This document shows, piece by piece, positions 40,135 to 50,033 of a DNA stretch of 64,000 bases. Every line of letters starts with the position of its first letter. Within the stretch, counting starts at the first letter, position 1. Below the pieces are notes generated by a model. The model had not been told where the DNA came from. It saw only the letters and a program-made list of their open reading frames with translations, and ran no database searches. The DNA lies in contig CAVWCF010000001.1 in NCBI GenBank assembly GCA_963753435.1, forward strand, positions 1 through 64,000. Direction: 5' to 3'. Origin of the DNA: an uncultured Actinomycetota bacterium. Its GTDB lineage: Bacteria > Actinomycetota > Actinomycetes > CAVWCF01. Position numbers and translations under genes: made by a program.

Positions 40135-41649
40135 CTAGGCAACAACTGCCGGGGTCCGCGCGGCGGGTGCGTCTGGAAGCAGGATTCGGCGAGCGTGCGG
40201 CGGGGCGAAAACCATCGCCAGCATCACCGCGACCGAAACTGCGGCGGCCACACTGTCCGGTAGCGCGACGAAGCCGGCGGTGGTCGCGGAGACGTTGGCG
40301 AGCGTGTAGACGGCCAGTCCGAGCGACAGGCCGACAACCCAGCGGTTCTCGCGCTCGGTCAGGCCGGCGGCGGCCAGAACCGGCAGCACCCAAAGGACGT
40401 ACCAGGGCTGAATGACCGGTCCGAGGAGGACGAGGACACCTAGAGCCAGCGCGAATCCGCGCAGCGGCGTCCGGCGGTCCGGGGTGAAGAGCAGCCAGGC
40501 GATCACCGAAAGTGCGGCCACTGCGCCCAACGTCCGGGTTGTGGCCAGGACAGCGTCGCCACTGGCCCAGCCGAGTAGCTCCACCGGCGCGCCAATGATC
40601 TTTCCGACCGCTGTGCTCGGGGACAGCCAGGTCTCGACCTTCGCCGGCGTGCGGAGGTTGACCAGCCAGTTCTGGCTCAGGCCGGTCGCCCAGCCCAGTA
40701 CCCCGAAGGCGGCAACCGTGACCGTGCCGACCCAGGCCCAGGCGCCGATGCGCCGCGGCCAGGAAGCACCGGAGCCGGCCCACACCAATCCTGCGAACGG
40801 CAGTGCGATCAGCGCCGGGCTCTTGATGGCACCCGCCGCCACGATGAGCAGAACGCCCAACAGCGGCCGGTGGGTCATCACCAGGGCGAACCCGGCCACC
40901 AGCAGCCCGACCATCAAGGCGTCGTTGTGGGCGGCAGTTCCGAAGTGGAAGACGATCAGGGGGTTGAGCGTGGCCAGCCAAACAGCACGGCCCGGATCGG
41001 CGCCGGCGGCCTCGGCCAATCGGGGCAGGAACCAGACCATCAGGGCAACGCCCGCCAGTGCCAGCAACCGGAACGCCAAGAGGGCGGCGGTTGGCTCAGC
41101 GTTGGTGACCGCGTGCACACCACTGGAGATGCCCATCCATAGGGGCCCATACGGCGCCGGCGAACTCGCCCACAGCGGATCGGCGCCATCGGCCAGGTAC
41201 GTCGGCAGGGCGCCAGTGCCGAATAGGTACGGGTCAATGCCCGCGGGCATCAGGCGGCTGTGCGCGATGTAGCTGAAGACATCGCGGCTGAACAGTGCCG
41301 GAGCCAGCAGCAGCGGTGCGGTCCAGACCAAGGCAAGCCAACCGAGCGTGCGCGACTGCGTGACGGATAGCCCCGCTGTGTGCCGGTTGAGTCGCAACCA
41401 GGTCTGCAGCAGCAGGCCCGCGCCGACCACGACTGCGATCTTGGCGGCCACCGAAGCGACGGCCGACCCGCGCAGCGCCGCCAGGAAGGCGTCGTCCGAT
41501 AGTGGCGCAGCCGGGGCCAACCAGCCGATCACCATGGCGCCGAGGGCCATGAGCGTGGTGGCTGCCGCACCGGGCAGGCCGAAACGCGCCAGGGCCGCTG
41601 CGGAGTTCCAGGGCGAGGCGTCAGGCCGGGTCAGGACGGGGGAAGTCAT
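40135..41649 (-). CDS. Polyprenol-phosphomannose-dependent alpha-1,6-mannosyltransferase-like GT-C protein (MptA/MptB family)
   Basis: FSRDVFSY, PYGP, NP, HNDALM, QPWY; polytopic. Confidence 0.85.
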   Translation of the reverse strand: MTSPVLTRPDASPWNSAAALARFGLPGAAATTLMALGAMVIGWLAPAAPLSDDAFLAALRGSAVASVAAKIAVVVGAGLLLQTWLRLNRHTAGLSVTQSRTLGWLALVWTAPLLLAPALFSRDVFSYIAHSRLMPAGIDPYLFGTGALPTYLADGADPLWASSPAPYGPLWMGISSGVHAVTNAEPTAALLAFRLLALAGVALMVWFLPRLAEAAGADPGRAVWLATLNPLIVFHFGTAAHNDALMVGLLVAGFALVMTHRPLLGVLLIVAAGAIKSPALIALPFAGLVWAGSGASWPRRIGAWAWVGTVTVAAFGVLGWATGLSQNWLVNLRTPAKVETWLSPSTAVGKIIGAPVELLGWASGDAVLATTRTLGAVAALSVIAWLLFTPDRRTPLRGFALALGVLVLLGPVIQPWYVLWVLPVLAAAGLTERENRWVVGLSLGLAVYTLANVSATTAGFVALPDSVAAAVSVAVMLAMVFAPPHARRILLPDAPAARTPAVVA

Positions 41650-41736
41650 GCGAGGGCTGAATGGTAGTGATCGGCTCCGCGGAAAGGAAACCGACCGCTG
41701 TAAGACCGACTGGGAATCCGGCTGAGAGCGGGGTGC

Positions 41737-43227
41737 TCAGCGGCGGGCCCGCGAGGAGTAGCCCCGATCCGGGCCGAGCACCCGCTCGGCGGCCAACCGG
41801 CCGCTGATCAGCACCATCGGAACCCCCACGCCGGGCTGCGTCCCGGAGCCGGTGAACACGACGTTGTCGCCCCACAGGTTCGACGGCCGGAATGGCCCGG
41901 TTTGTCCGAATGTGTGTGCCGAGGCGAAGGGAGCCCCGTCCTCCAGGCCTCGGTCGGCCCAGTCCTGGGGTGTGGTGATGTCCTCGACCTCGATGCCGTC
42001 GGCGAAACCTACGTAGCCGCGCGACTCCATGGTTCGCAGGATCTGGTCGCGGTAGGTGGTCCGCAGGGTGTCCCAGTCCAGTCCGGCGCTCAGGTTCGGT
42101 GTGGGGAAGAGCACGTAGTAGGAGTGGCGGCCGTCCGGCGCCAGCGCCGGATCGCCGTGCGTCGGGTTCGTAACCAGGAAGGACGGGTCGCTCATCAGCT
42201 GGCGGCGATCGATGAGGTCCGCGAACACCTCCGACCAGGCGGAGCCGAAGTGGATGTTGTGGTGCGCAATCCGGGAGTAGTGCGCCTGAGACCCGACCAG
42301 CATCAAGAAGCACGAAGGTGAGTAGTTCAGCGACGGTGGCTGCACGCCGAGCAGGTCGCGCATGGCGACCGGAAGGTCCGGGTTGAGGATGACGACGTCG
42401 GCGGGAACGCGACGGCCATCGTCGGTATGCACGGCCACCGCCCGAGTGCCTTGACGTTCAACACGCGTCACCGAGGTTCCGTACTGGAACTCAACGCCGT
42501 GCTTGGCGGCGGCAGCCGCTAGCGCCCGCGGAACCGCGTGCATTCCCCCGACCGGAAAGAACACGCCCGCAACGGAGTCCATGTAGGCGATGACGGCGTA
42601 CAGCGCCAGGGCTTGCTGCGGCGACACCCCGGCATACATGGCCTGGAAGCTGAACATCCGCTGGGTGCGGGGGTCCTTGAGGTAGCGGTTGACGACCGGG
42701 GCGAGTCGCCGAAACCCGCCAAGAGCGGCCAGCCGGGCCAGATTGGGCGTGAGCAGATCGAACGGAGAGTCGATGTTGCGGTCGATGAAGTCGGCCATCT
42801 CGTAGCGGTACAACTGCGACACAAACTTCACGTAACGGCGGTACCCATCGGCTTCCTGAGGTCCGCACACCGCGGCGATCTCCGCGGCGGTGGCGTCGAT
42901 ACCTGTGTGTACATCGAGGGTGGACCCGTCCGGGTAGTAGCCGCGATACAGCGGTTCGACCGGGCGCAGGTCGAGCCAGTCCTCCATCTTCTCGCCGACG
43001 CAGTCGAACGCGTCAGCGATGAGGTCCGGCATCGTCAGCACGGTCGGTCCGGTGTCGAAGCGGTACCCGTCGAGTTGCAGTAGCCCGGCACGACCACCGG
43101 GGTGTTCCTCGCGCTCGATGACGGTGACTTGCCGCCCGGCGCCCGCCAATCGCAGGGCGGCCGACAGTCCAGCCAATCCGGCTCCGACGATCACTACCCG
43201 GTCCGTCGGACCGGTCACTGTGCGCAT
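41737..43227 (-). CDS. crtI: Phytoene desaturase
   Basis: GAGLAG, FDTGPTVL, FQAMYAG, HHNI, TQPGVGVPMV. Confidence 0.93.
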   Translation of the reverse strand: MRTVTGPTDRVVIVGAGLAGLSAALRLAGAGRQVTVIEREEHPGGRAGLLQLDGYRFDTGPTVLTMPDLIADAFDCVGEKMEDWLDLRPVEPLYRGYYPDGSTLDVHTGIDATAAEIAAVCGPQEADGYRRYVKFVSQLYRYEMADFIDRNIDSPFDLLTPNLARLAALGGFRRLAPVVNRYLKDPRTQRMFSFQAMYAGVSPQQALALYAVIAYMDSVAGVFFPVGGMHAVPRALAAAAAKHGVEFQYGTSVTRVERQGTRAVAVHTDDGRRVPADVVILNPDLPVAMRDLLGVQPPSLNYSPSCFLMLVGSQAHYSRIAHHNIHFGSAWSEVFADLIDRRQLMSDPSFLVTNPTHGDPALAPDGRHSYYVLFPTPNLSAGLDWDTLRTTYRDQILRTMESRGYVGFADGIEVEDITTPQDWADRGLEDGAPFASAHTFGQTGPFRPSNLWGDNVVFTGSGTQPGVGVPMVLISGRLAAERVLGPDRGYSSRARR

Positions 43228-43254
43228 CAGGCGGCCCATATCGCGCGCTCCACT

Positions 43255-44319
43255 TCAGGCGTTCCGGGCGGTGGCGGCCACGGCCAGGTCCACGAGGACC
43301 GTCCGAGCCGGTTCGGCAACCTCGGTGCTCAGCGCGCTGGTCGCTTGGTCCGTTAGTTCGCGGATCAACGCCTCGACATGGTCCAGCGCGCCAGTGTCGG
43401 CAATCACCTCGCGCAGTTGCGCGACCCCCTCAGCCGCGAGCGCCGGGTCGCCCAGATGCCGTTGCAGTACCGCACGCTGCGCCGGCGTCGCCTTCTCGGT
43501 GGCGTGAGCGATCAGCAGGGTGCGCTTGCCCTCGCGCAGATCGTCCCCAGCCGGCTTGCCGGTCTGCGCCGGATCGCCGAAGACCCCCAGGACGTCATCG
43601 CGGAGCTGAAATGCCTCGCCCAGCGGCAAGCCGTAGCGGGAGTAGACCGCGGAAACGGGTTCGTCGGCTCCGGCCAGGGCCGCACCAAGGTGCAGGGGCC
43701 GTTCGATCGTGTACTTGGCTGACTTGTACTGAACCACTCGCATCGCCCGCTGCGCCGAGCCACCGCCGCGAGCCTGCTCCAGCAAGTCCAGGTACTGCCC
43801 GGCCATCAACTCGGTGCGCATGATGTCGTAGACGCGCTTGCCGGCGAGGAGACGCTCATTCGGCACATCAGCCGACATCAGCAGTTCGTCCGCCCAGGAC
43901 AGGCAAAGGTCGCCGAGAAGGATCGCCGCACCTGCACCAAATGACTCCGATGACCCCAACCAAGCATTGCCCCGGTGCAGCGTGGCGAATCTGCGGTGCG
44001 CGGCGGGCTGGCCACGCCGGGTGTCGGAACCATCCATCACGTCGTCATGCACCAGAGCGCACGCTTGCAGGAGTTCCAAGGCCGTGGCGGCGGCGAGAGC
44101 GGAGTCGTCGTCAGCCCCGCCGGCACCGCGGTACCCCCAGTAGCAGAAAGCAGGCCGAAGGCGCTTGCCGCCAGCCAGCAAGTCGGTGAGGGCATCGAGG
44201 AGAGGGGCCAGTTCGTCGCTGACCTCGTCCAGCAGCGGCCGCTGGACGGCGAGGAAGTCCTCCAAGGCCTTGGCTACGCGGGAGCGGAGGTCCTCCGCAT
44301 CCAGTGGGCTCGTGGGCAT
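43255..44319 (-). CDS. crtE: Polyprenyl (GGPP) synthase
   Basis: GGKRLRP, HDDVMD...RRG, GQYLD, FQLRDD; TAAAGT 6 nt before ATG. Confidence 0.9.
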   Translation of the reverse strand: MPTSPLDAEDLRSRVAKALEDFLAVQRPLLDEVSDELAPLLDALTDLLAGGKRLRPAFCYWGYRGAGGADDDSALAAATALELLQACALVHDDVMDGSDTRRGQPAAHRRFATLHRGNAWLGSSESFGAGAAILLGDLCLSWADELLMSADVPNERLLAGKRVYDIMRTELMAGQYLDLLEQARGGGSAQRAMRVVQYKSAKYTIERPLHLGAALAGADEPVSAVYSRYGLPLGEAFQLRDDVLGVFGDPAQTGKPAGDDLREGKRTLLIAHATEKATPAQRAVLQRHLGDPALAAEGVAQLREVIADTGALDHVEALIRELTDQATSALSTEVAEPARTVLVDLAVAATARNA

Positions 44320-44579
44320 CCGAGCACTTTAGGGGAGACGTTGCGCGGCCGCTGAGTCACGCTCAGTAGCGACATCACCCGCTCGCTCAGGCAAGGCATG
44401 TGCGTGCTGTGGGCCATTCCGGTGAGTTTCGGGCCCAAGTGTTCACACAGCGTCCCGATGGCCTCAAGATCGGCACCGTATGGGGAGGCGAAGACTTCCG
44501 GACGTACCTGGTCGCAGAGTCCGGAATGAGCCACAGCGAAACCGGCCCCGCTCGAGCCAACGAGGGGGAAGGGTCAACC

Positions 44580-45326
44580 ATGCGGACCAACCGGCCACTG
44601 CGCAGCGGCGTCACCGCTGGCTTCGCCGCTACTGCGGTTCTCCTTGGCGCATGGATGTTCGGCGCCACCTCGGCATCCGCTGACACCGAGGCGACACCCG
44701 TGCCCGGTGATGTGGCCGACTACGCCGGCGACTTCGACCTGCAGCTGCTGATGACGCTTGCCAGCGAGGGACCGCTGCAAGTAGGGGACACGGTGACCTA
44801 CCAGGTATCCGTGGCCAATCTGGGTCCAGCGGCAGCGCCTACCGGCTGGACCGTCGCCGGCACGATTCCGAACGGCCTCACTTCGGTGGCCCTGCAGCCG
44901 GCGGCCGACTCGTCGGCCTACGCATGCGTCTTGGGGGTCAGCGACTTCAGTTGCACCTACAGCGGCGACCTGGCGGCGGGGGCGACCGCGCCGCTGGGCT
45001 CCGTGACCGCGACGGTGTCGGACGTACTGGCCGACGTGCCCGTCGTGGAGAACACCGCTTGCGTGGGGAACAACGCAGGGGACACGAACGAACAGAACGA
45101 CTGCGCCACGGCCGCCACTGCGCTGGCCGCTGCTTCGCCGGTCGCCGAGGTCGCGGTTCAGGGTGCAGTGATTGCCGCTCCGGCCGCAACCCAATCCATA
45201 ACCTCAGCCGAACTGGCGGCCACCGGTTCCCGCGGCGCGGGGCTGCTATTGCCTGGGGCAGCTTTGGTTGCTCTTGGCCTGGTGGTGATGCGCCTCGGTC
45301 GGCGCCCGGAGATCGAACCCAACTAA
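44580..45326 (+). CDS. Secreted DUF11/Ig-like protein with LAxTG sortase signal
   Basis: Signal peptide (ASA|D), GDTVTYQVSVANLGP, D-x-N-x-x-N-D motif, LAATG plus TM and basic tail. Confidence 0.72.
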   Translation: MRTNRPLRSGVTAGFAATAVLLGAWMFGATSASADTEATPVPGDVADYAGDFDLQLLMTLASEGPLQVGDTVTYQVSVANLGPAAAPTGWTVAGTIPNGLTSVALQPAADSSAYACVLGVSDFSCTYSGDLAAGATAPLGSVTATVSDVLADVPVVENTACVGNNAGDTNEQNDCATAATALAAASPVAEVAVQGAVIAAPAATQSITSAELAATGSRGAGLLLPGAALVALGLVVMRLGRRPEIEPN

Positions 45327-45416
45327 TCCGTCGCCGACTGCAGCCGGTGTCGATGTCCGCGCTTCGCGGCGGGCACCGCCAGCGCCGGCCCACATTTGCC
45401 CACCTACGCTGCGCGG

Positions 45417-46319
45417 GTGAGCGAGCCGGGCAACCCACAGCGATTGATCGGCGAGTTGGTTCATGAGGCGACCCCCGTTCTTTCTTTTGAGTTCTTCCCG
45501 CCCAAGACCGACGAGGGCGAGCGGCACCTGTGGCGGGCCATCCGCGAGTTGGAACCGCTGCACCCCGGCTTCGTGTCCGTCACCTATGGCGCGGGCGGTT
45601 CGACGCGGGACCGCACGGCGCGGGTTACCGAACGGATAGCCACCGACACGACTCTGACCGCGATGGCGCACCTGACCTGCGTGGGTGCAAGCAGAGCAGA
45701 AGTCCGCCGAGTCGTCGGCCGCTACGCCGATGCCGGTATTCGCAATGTCCTTGCGTTGCGAGGCGATCCGCCGGGTGGCCCGGGCCAGGCTTATGAGCCG
45801 CATCCCGACGGATTCGAATATGCGGCGGAACTCGTGGAGTTCGTCGCCGGTCTGGGCGGGTTCAGCGTCGGCGTTGCGGCCTTCCCGGATGTGCACCCGG
45901 AGGCGGCAAACGCGATGGCGGACGCCGAGAACCTGTGCCGCAAGGCGGACGCCGGGGCGTCATTCGCGATCACCCAATTCTTCTTCGACGCTGACTCCTA
46001 CTTCCAACTCGTGGACCGTGTCCGCTCCGTTGGCTGTGACCTTCCGATCATCCCCGGGCTGATGCCGGTAACCAACGTGGCGCAGATCGAACGGTTCGCA
46101 CAGCTGTCCGGAACCGCGGTGCCGGCGGCAGTGGCCAGCCGATTCCACGAGATAGCGGATGACGCGGAAGCGGTTCGCGAACTCGGGGTTGAGGTTGCTG
46201 CCGACCTGGGTGCTCGCTTGCTTAACGGTGGTGCGCCCGGCCTGCACTTCTACACACTCAATCGATCGACCGCGACCCGTGAGGTGGCTCGCACGCTCGG
46301 GCTCACCACGGCGGCCTGA
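45417..46319 (+). CDS. metF: 5,10-methylenetetrahydrofolate reductase
   Basis: SFEFFPPK, VTYGAGG, AHLTC, ALRGD, ITQFFF, HFYTLN. Confidence 0.96.
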   Translation: MSEPGNPQRLIGELVHEATPVLSFEFFPPKTDEGERHLWRAIRELEPLHPGFVSVTYGAGGSTRDRTARVTERIATDTTLTAMAHLTCVGASRAEVRRVVGRYADAGIRNVLALRGDPPGGPGQAYEPHPDGFEYAAELVEFVAGLGGFSVGVAAFPDVHPEAANAMADAENLCRKADAGASFAITQFFFDADSYFQLVDRVRSVGCDLPIIPGLMPVTNVAQIERFAQLSGTAVPAAVASRFHEIADDAEAVRELGVEVAADLGARLLNGGAPGLHFYTLNRSTATREVARTLGLTTAA

Positions 46320-46339
46320 CCCTGCGATGATCACCTCCT

Positions 46340-47002
46340 GTGAGGACAGTGCCGACCCGCGAGGAGTACTTCGCGCGCTGGGCTGAACTGCACGGCGACT
46401 ATCACCCAAGCGGCAACTGGATGGTCCGGGTCTGGCTGTCCATCATCTATTCCCTCGCGCGCCCGTTGGCAGCGCTGCGGGTACCCCCGGACGCCATCAC
46501 CGTCTTCGGCGGTCTGCTCACCGGGGTGGCGGTTTGGATTGCGTCCCTCGGCGGCAGTTGGGTGCTGTTGGCTTCGACGCTGATCTTGCTCACCGGGATC
46601 GTGGACAACCTGGATGGCGCTGTCGCCGTCCTCAGCGATCGCGCGACCGACTTCGGCTACGTCCTGGACTCCGTAGTCGATCGCATCTCCGACGTCCTCT
46701 ACGTGGTGGCGTTCTGGGCGCTTGGTGCGCCGGGTTGGCTTTGCGCCACGGCCGCAGTACTGGCCGGGTTGCAGGAGTACGCCCGGGCTAGGGCAGCTGC
46801 GGTGGGCATGTCCGAGATCGGCGTGGTGACGCCGTCAGAGCGACCCACGCGCGTGCTGGTCACCGCCATGTTCCTGCTGGGCGCGGGCATCTACACGGGA
46901 TCCGCCGTGGGCTGGGCGACTGCTGGTGCGGGCACCTACGCGATTGCGTCGGCCATAGGGCTGACCCTGGTGCTGGCCGGCATCCGCCGACGATTGCGCT
47001 GA
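46340..47002 (+). CDS. CDP-alcohol phosphatidyltransferase family protein
   Basis: DNLDGAVA...G..LDSVVDRISD. Confidence 0.88.
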   Translation: MRTVPTREEYFARWAELHGDYHPSGNWMVRVWLSIIYSLARPLAALRVPPDAITVFGGLLTGVAVWIASLGGSWVLLASTLILLTGIVDNLDGAVAVLSDRATDFGYVLDSVVDRISDVLYVVAFWALGAPGWLCATAAVLAGLQEYARARAAAVGMSEIGVVTPSERPTRVLVTAMFLLGAGIYTGSAVGWATAGAGTYAIASAIGLTLVLAGIRRRLR

Positions 47003-47005
47003 CGC

Positions 47006-48493
47006 ATGGTCGCCGAGTTCCTTTTCGTCGCCGCCCTGGTGATCCTCCTGGGTGCCGTCGCCGTCCGAGCGGCAAACCGAATCGGCACTCCGGGCCTGCT
47101 GCTGTTCCTGGCGATGGGCCTTCTGCTCGGCCCCGAAGGCCTTGGGCTGGAGTTCGCCGACACCGAGCTGGCGCGGGACCTCGGGCTGGCCGCCGCGGGG
47201 CTGATCCTGGCCGAGGGTGGCCTCACCGCACGGATGTCGGTGGTGCGTCCGCAACTGGGAAAGGCGCTGATCCTGTCGACCGTCGGCGTGCTGGTCAGCG
47301 TGTTCGTCGTCGCCGCCGTCGTCGTATCCGTGACCGGCGCCTCCTGGCGCACCGGCCTCCTGCTCGGCGCCGTGGTGTCCAGTACCGACGCGGCGGCGGT
47401 CTTCAGCGTCCTGCGCAGCATCCGGCTCCGGCCGCGCCCGGTTGCCATCCTTGAGGCGGAGTCCGGGTTCAACGATGCGATGGCTGTCGGACTGGTTGCG
47501 TTCTTCGCGTCCGACGCCTTCGGCGAGGACCCATGGTGGCGGGCGGGATTGGACATCAGCTACGAGCTGGCCATCGGTGCCGCCGTCGGTTTGGCCATCG
47601 GCTACGCCGGCCGGTGGTTGCTGCCGCGCGTGGCGCTACCGGCGGCGGGGCTGTACCCCTTGGCGGTCCTCAGCATGGCCATGGCTTCGTATGCGGCCGC
47701 GCTGCTCCTGAACGCATCCGGCTTCATGTCGGTCTACGTCACGGCGCTGCTGTTGGGATCGGCGACCCTGCCACACCGAAGGACGGTCCTCGGCTTCGCG
47801 GAGGGCCTCGGCTGGCTGGCGCAGATCGGGTTGTTCGTGATGCTGGGCATCCTCGTGGACCCGTCGGAGATCCCTGGAGTGCTGGGCATCGGCATCCTCG
47901 TGAGCCTGGTGCTGGTGCTCCTGGCCAGGCCCCTGTCGGTCTGGCTGTGCTTGGCACCCTTCCGGATGCCCATCCCCGAGCAGGTGTTCCTGAGTTGGGG
48001 CGGCTTGCGCGGTGCGGTGCCGATCGTCTTCGCCACAATCCCGTTGAGCCTCGGCACTCCTGACGGCACGTTGGCGTTCACGACCACTTTTGTGGTCGTG
48101 GTCCTTCTGACTTCCATCCAAGGACCAACCCTGCCCGCGGTGGCTCGACGAACCGGTGTTGCCAGTGCCGAAGAAGTCGGCGAACTCACCGTGGAATCGG
48201 CGCCGCTGGATGAGATGCGCGCAGCACTGGTCGAGATCGACGTGCCGCCCGGGTCGCATCTGGCCGGCATGTACCTGGTCGATCTGCGCCTACCTGCTGG
48301 ATCGCTCGTCAGCCTGGTGGTGCGGGATGAGGAGTCAGTTGTCCCGGACGAGCATCTGCGTCTGCGGGCCGGTGACCGGGTGTTGATCGTGGCGACGGAG
48401 GCATCGCGAGCCGAAACCGAGCAGCGCCTGCGGGAGGTCAGCCGCGGCGGCCGCTTGGCCGGCTGGTATCGACCCGACCCGCCGCCGGAGTAG
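47006..48493 (+). CDS. K+/H+ antiporter (CvrA/NhaP2) with TrkA-C domain
   Basis: STDAAAVFS, ESGFND, GLRGAVPI, C-terminal RCK-C. Confidence 0.9.
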   Translation: MVAEFLFVAALVILLGAVAVRAANRIGTPGLLLFLAMGLLLGPEGLGLEFADTELARDLGLAAAGLILAEGGLTARMSVVRPQLGKALILSTVGVLVSVFVVAAVVVSVTGASWRTGLLLGAVVSSTDAAAVFSVLRSIRLRPRPVAILEAESGFNDAMAVGLVAFFASDAFGEDPWWRAGLDISYELAIGAAVGLAIGYAGRWLLPRVALPAAGLYPLAVLSMAMASYAAALLLNASGFMSVYVTALLLGSATLPHRRTVLGFAEGLGWLAQIGLFVMLGILVDPSEIPGVLGIGILVSLVLVLLARPLSVWLCLAPFRMPIPEQVFLSWGGLRGAVPIVFATIPLSLGTPDGTLAFTTTFVVVVLLTSIQGPTLPAVARRTGVASAEEVGELTVESAPLDEMRAALVEIDVPPGSHLAGMYLVDLRLPAGSLVSLVVRDEESVVPDEHLRLRAGDRVLIVATEASRAETEQRLREVSRGGRLAGWYRPDPPPE

Positions 48494-48511
48494 TTGCAGC
48501 GGGATCGGACA

Positions 48512-50008
48512 TCACGCCGGACCGATCAGGCCGGACACGATCTCCGCAGACATGCCGACCAGGGGGAGTCCGCCGCCGGGATGGGCCGATCCGCCCACTA
48601 GGAACAGCCCCGGTACCGGGGAGGCGTTGGCCGGGCGGAGGAAGGCCGCCGACCGACCATTGCTGGACGTGCCGTAGATGGACCCGCCGGGGGCCCCGGT
48701 GTCGGCCTGGAGGTCCGCTGGTGTCCGGATCTCCCGCCAGAGGAGCCGATCCCGCAGGTCCACGCCTCGCTGCGCCAGTCGGTCCAGCACGGTGTCGGCG
48801 TAGCCCTCGGCGATGCCGGGGGTGCACCAGTCGACACCTGCGTTCGGATCGTGCCGGGGGGCATTAACCAGGATGAACCAGGCCTCATGTCCGTCCGGCC
48901 GCATGGCCGGGTCGTCGGGGACGCACGCATAGATGGCCGGGTCCGGCACTGGTCTCGGGGAGCGGCCAAAGATGCTGTCGAACTCATCGTCGTACTCGGT
49001 CGGGAACCAGACGTTGTGGTGCTGCAAGCCTGCGGTCCGCCCGCGCACTGCCAGCAACAGCACGAATCCGCTGAGGCTGGGCGTAGCTCGGCGCAGTCGG
49101 CGCAGGGGCCCCCGGGATACGCGGGAAGGCAGCATCGAGCCGTACAGCCGGCTCGCGTCCGCGTCGCTGACGACGATGTCGGCGGGGATTCGGCGGTCGT
49201 CGGCGGTTCGTACCCCGCCTACCCGCGAACCGTCGAGCAGGACTTCCGCTACGGGGGTGTTCAGCTGCACGTCGACGTTGAGTTCGCAAACGCGGGCGGT
49301 CAACGCCTCGGCCAGCCGTCCGATGCCACCGCCGATGTGCCAGGCGCCGAAAGTCTGCTCGACGTAGGGGACCGTAACGAGGGCGGCGGGCGCCTGCCGC
49401 GGGTCGGATCCGGTGTAGGTCGCATAGCGATCGAGCAGCACCCGCAGCCGCTCGTCACCCAAGTACCTCGACCCCATCCCGCGCAGCGACGTGAACGGGG
49501 CCACGGTGCGCACATCCCCGGCACTCCGCGCCAGGCGCAGTAGGGAACGTCGGCCGTCCAGCGGAGACTGCAGGATCGGGTCTCTGGTGAGGCCCCACAC
49601 CTGTGCGGCGCGGGCCATCAACCGCTTCCAGTCCTGTTCGGCTTGTTCACCGAAGGCGTCACCCAGCGCGGCCGCGACCGGTCCTATGCCGAAGCCCGGT
49701 AGCGCCACGGTGGAACCGTCACCGAATCGGTAGTTGAACGCGGTCTGCAGCGGGAGGAGTTCGACGTTGGCTTCCAGGGGAGCGCTGGCGCCGCGCCCGG
49801 TCTTGAGGAACAGGTCCCGGTACACCGCCGGCAGGGTGAACAGGCTGGGGCCGGTGTCGAACGCAAATCCGTCACGGCTGTAGGTAGCGACCTTGCCGCC
49901 GGTCCGATCGCTGGACTCCAGCACAGTGACGTCATGACCGAGGGCGCTGAGGCGCGCCGCTGCCGCCAGGCCGCCCATTCCGGCACCGATGACCACTACT
50001 CGGCTCAT
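48512..50008 (-). CDS. Second CrtI-family desaturase, probable 1-hydroxycarotenoid 3,4-desaturase (CrtD-like)
   Basis: GAGMGG, FDTGPSLFT, RYATYTGS, GGSIYG, HPGGGLP; clustered with cruF, crtA and a GT2. Confidence 0.8.
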   Translation of the reverse strand: MSRVVVIGAGMGGLAAAARLSALGHDVTVLESSDRTGGKVATYSRDGFAFDTGPSLFTLPAVYRDLFLKTGRGASAPLEANVELLPLQTAFNYRFGDGSTVALPGFGIGPVAAALGDAFGEQAEQDWKRLMARAAQVWGLTRDPILQSPLDGRRSLLRLARSAGDVRTVAPFTSLRGMGSRYLGDERLRVLLDRYATYTGSDPRQAPAALVTVPYVEQTFGAWHIGGGIGRLAEALTARVCELNVDVQLNTPVAEVLLDGSRVGGVRTADDRRIPADIVVSDADASRLYGSMLPSRVSRGPLRRLRRATPSLSGFVLLLAVRGRTAGLQHHNVWFPTEYDDEFDSIFGRSPRPVPDPAIYACVPDDPAMRPDGHEAWFILVNAPRHDPNAGVDWCTPGIAEGYADTVLDRLAQRGVDLRDRLLWREIRTPADLQADTGAPGGSIYGTSSNGRSAAFLRPANASPVPGLFLVGGSAHPGGGLPLVGMSAEIVSGLIGPA

Positions 50009-50033
50009 GGCGCCCACCGCCTGATCGCCCGAC

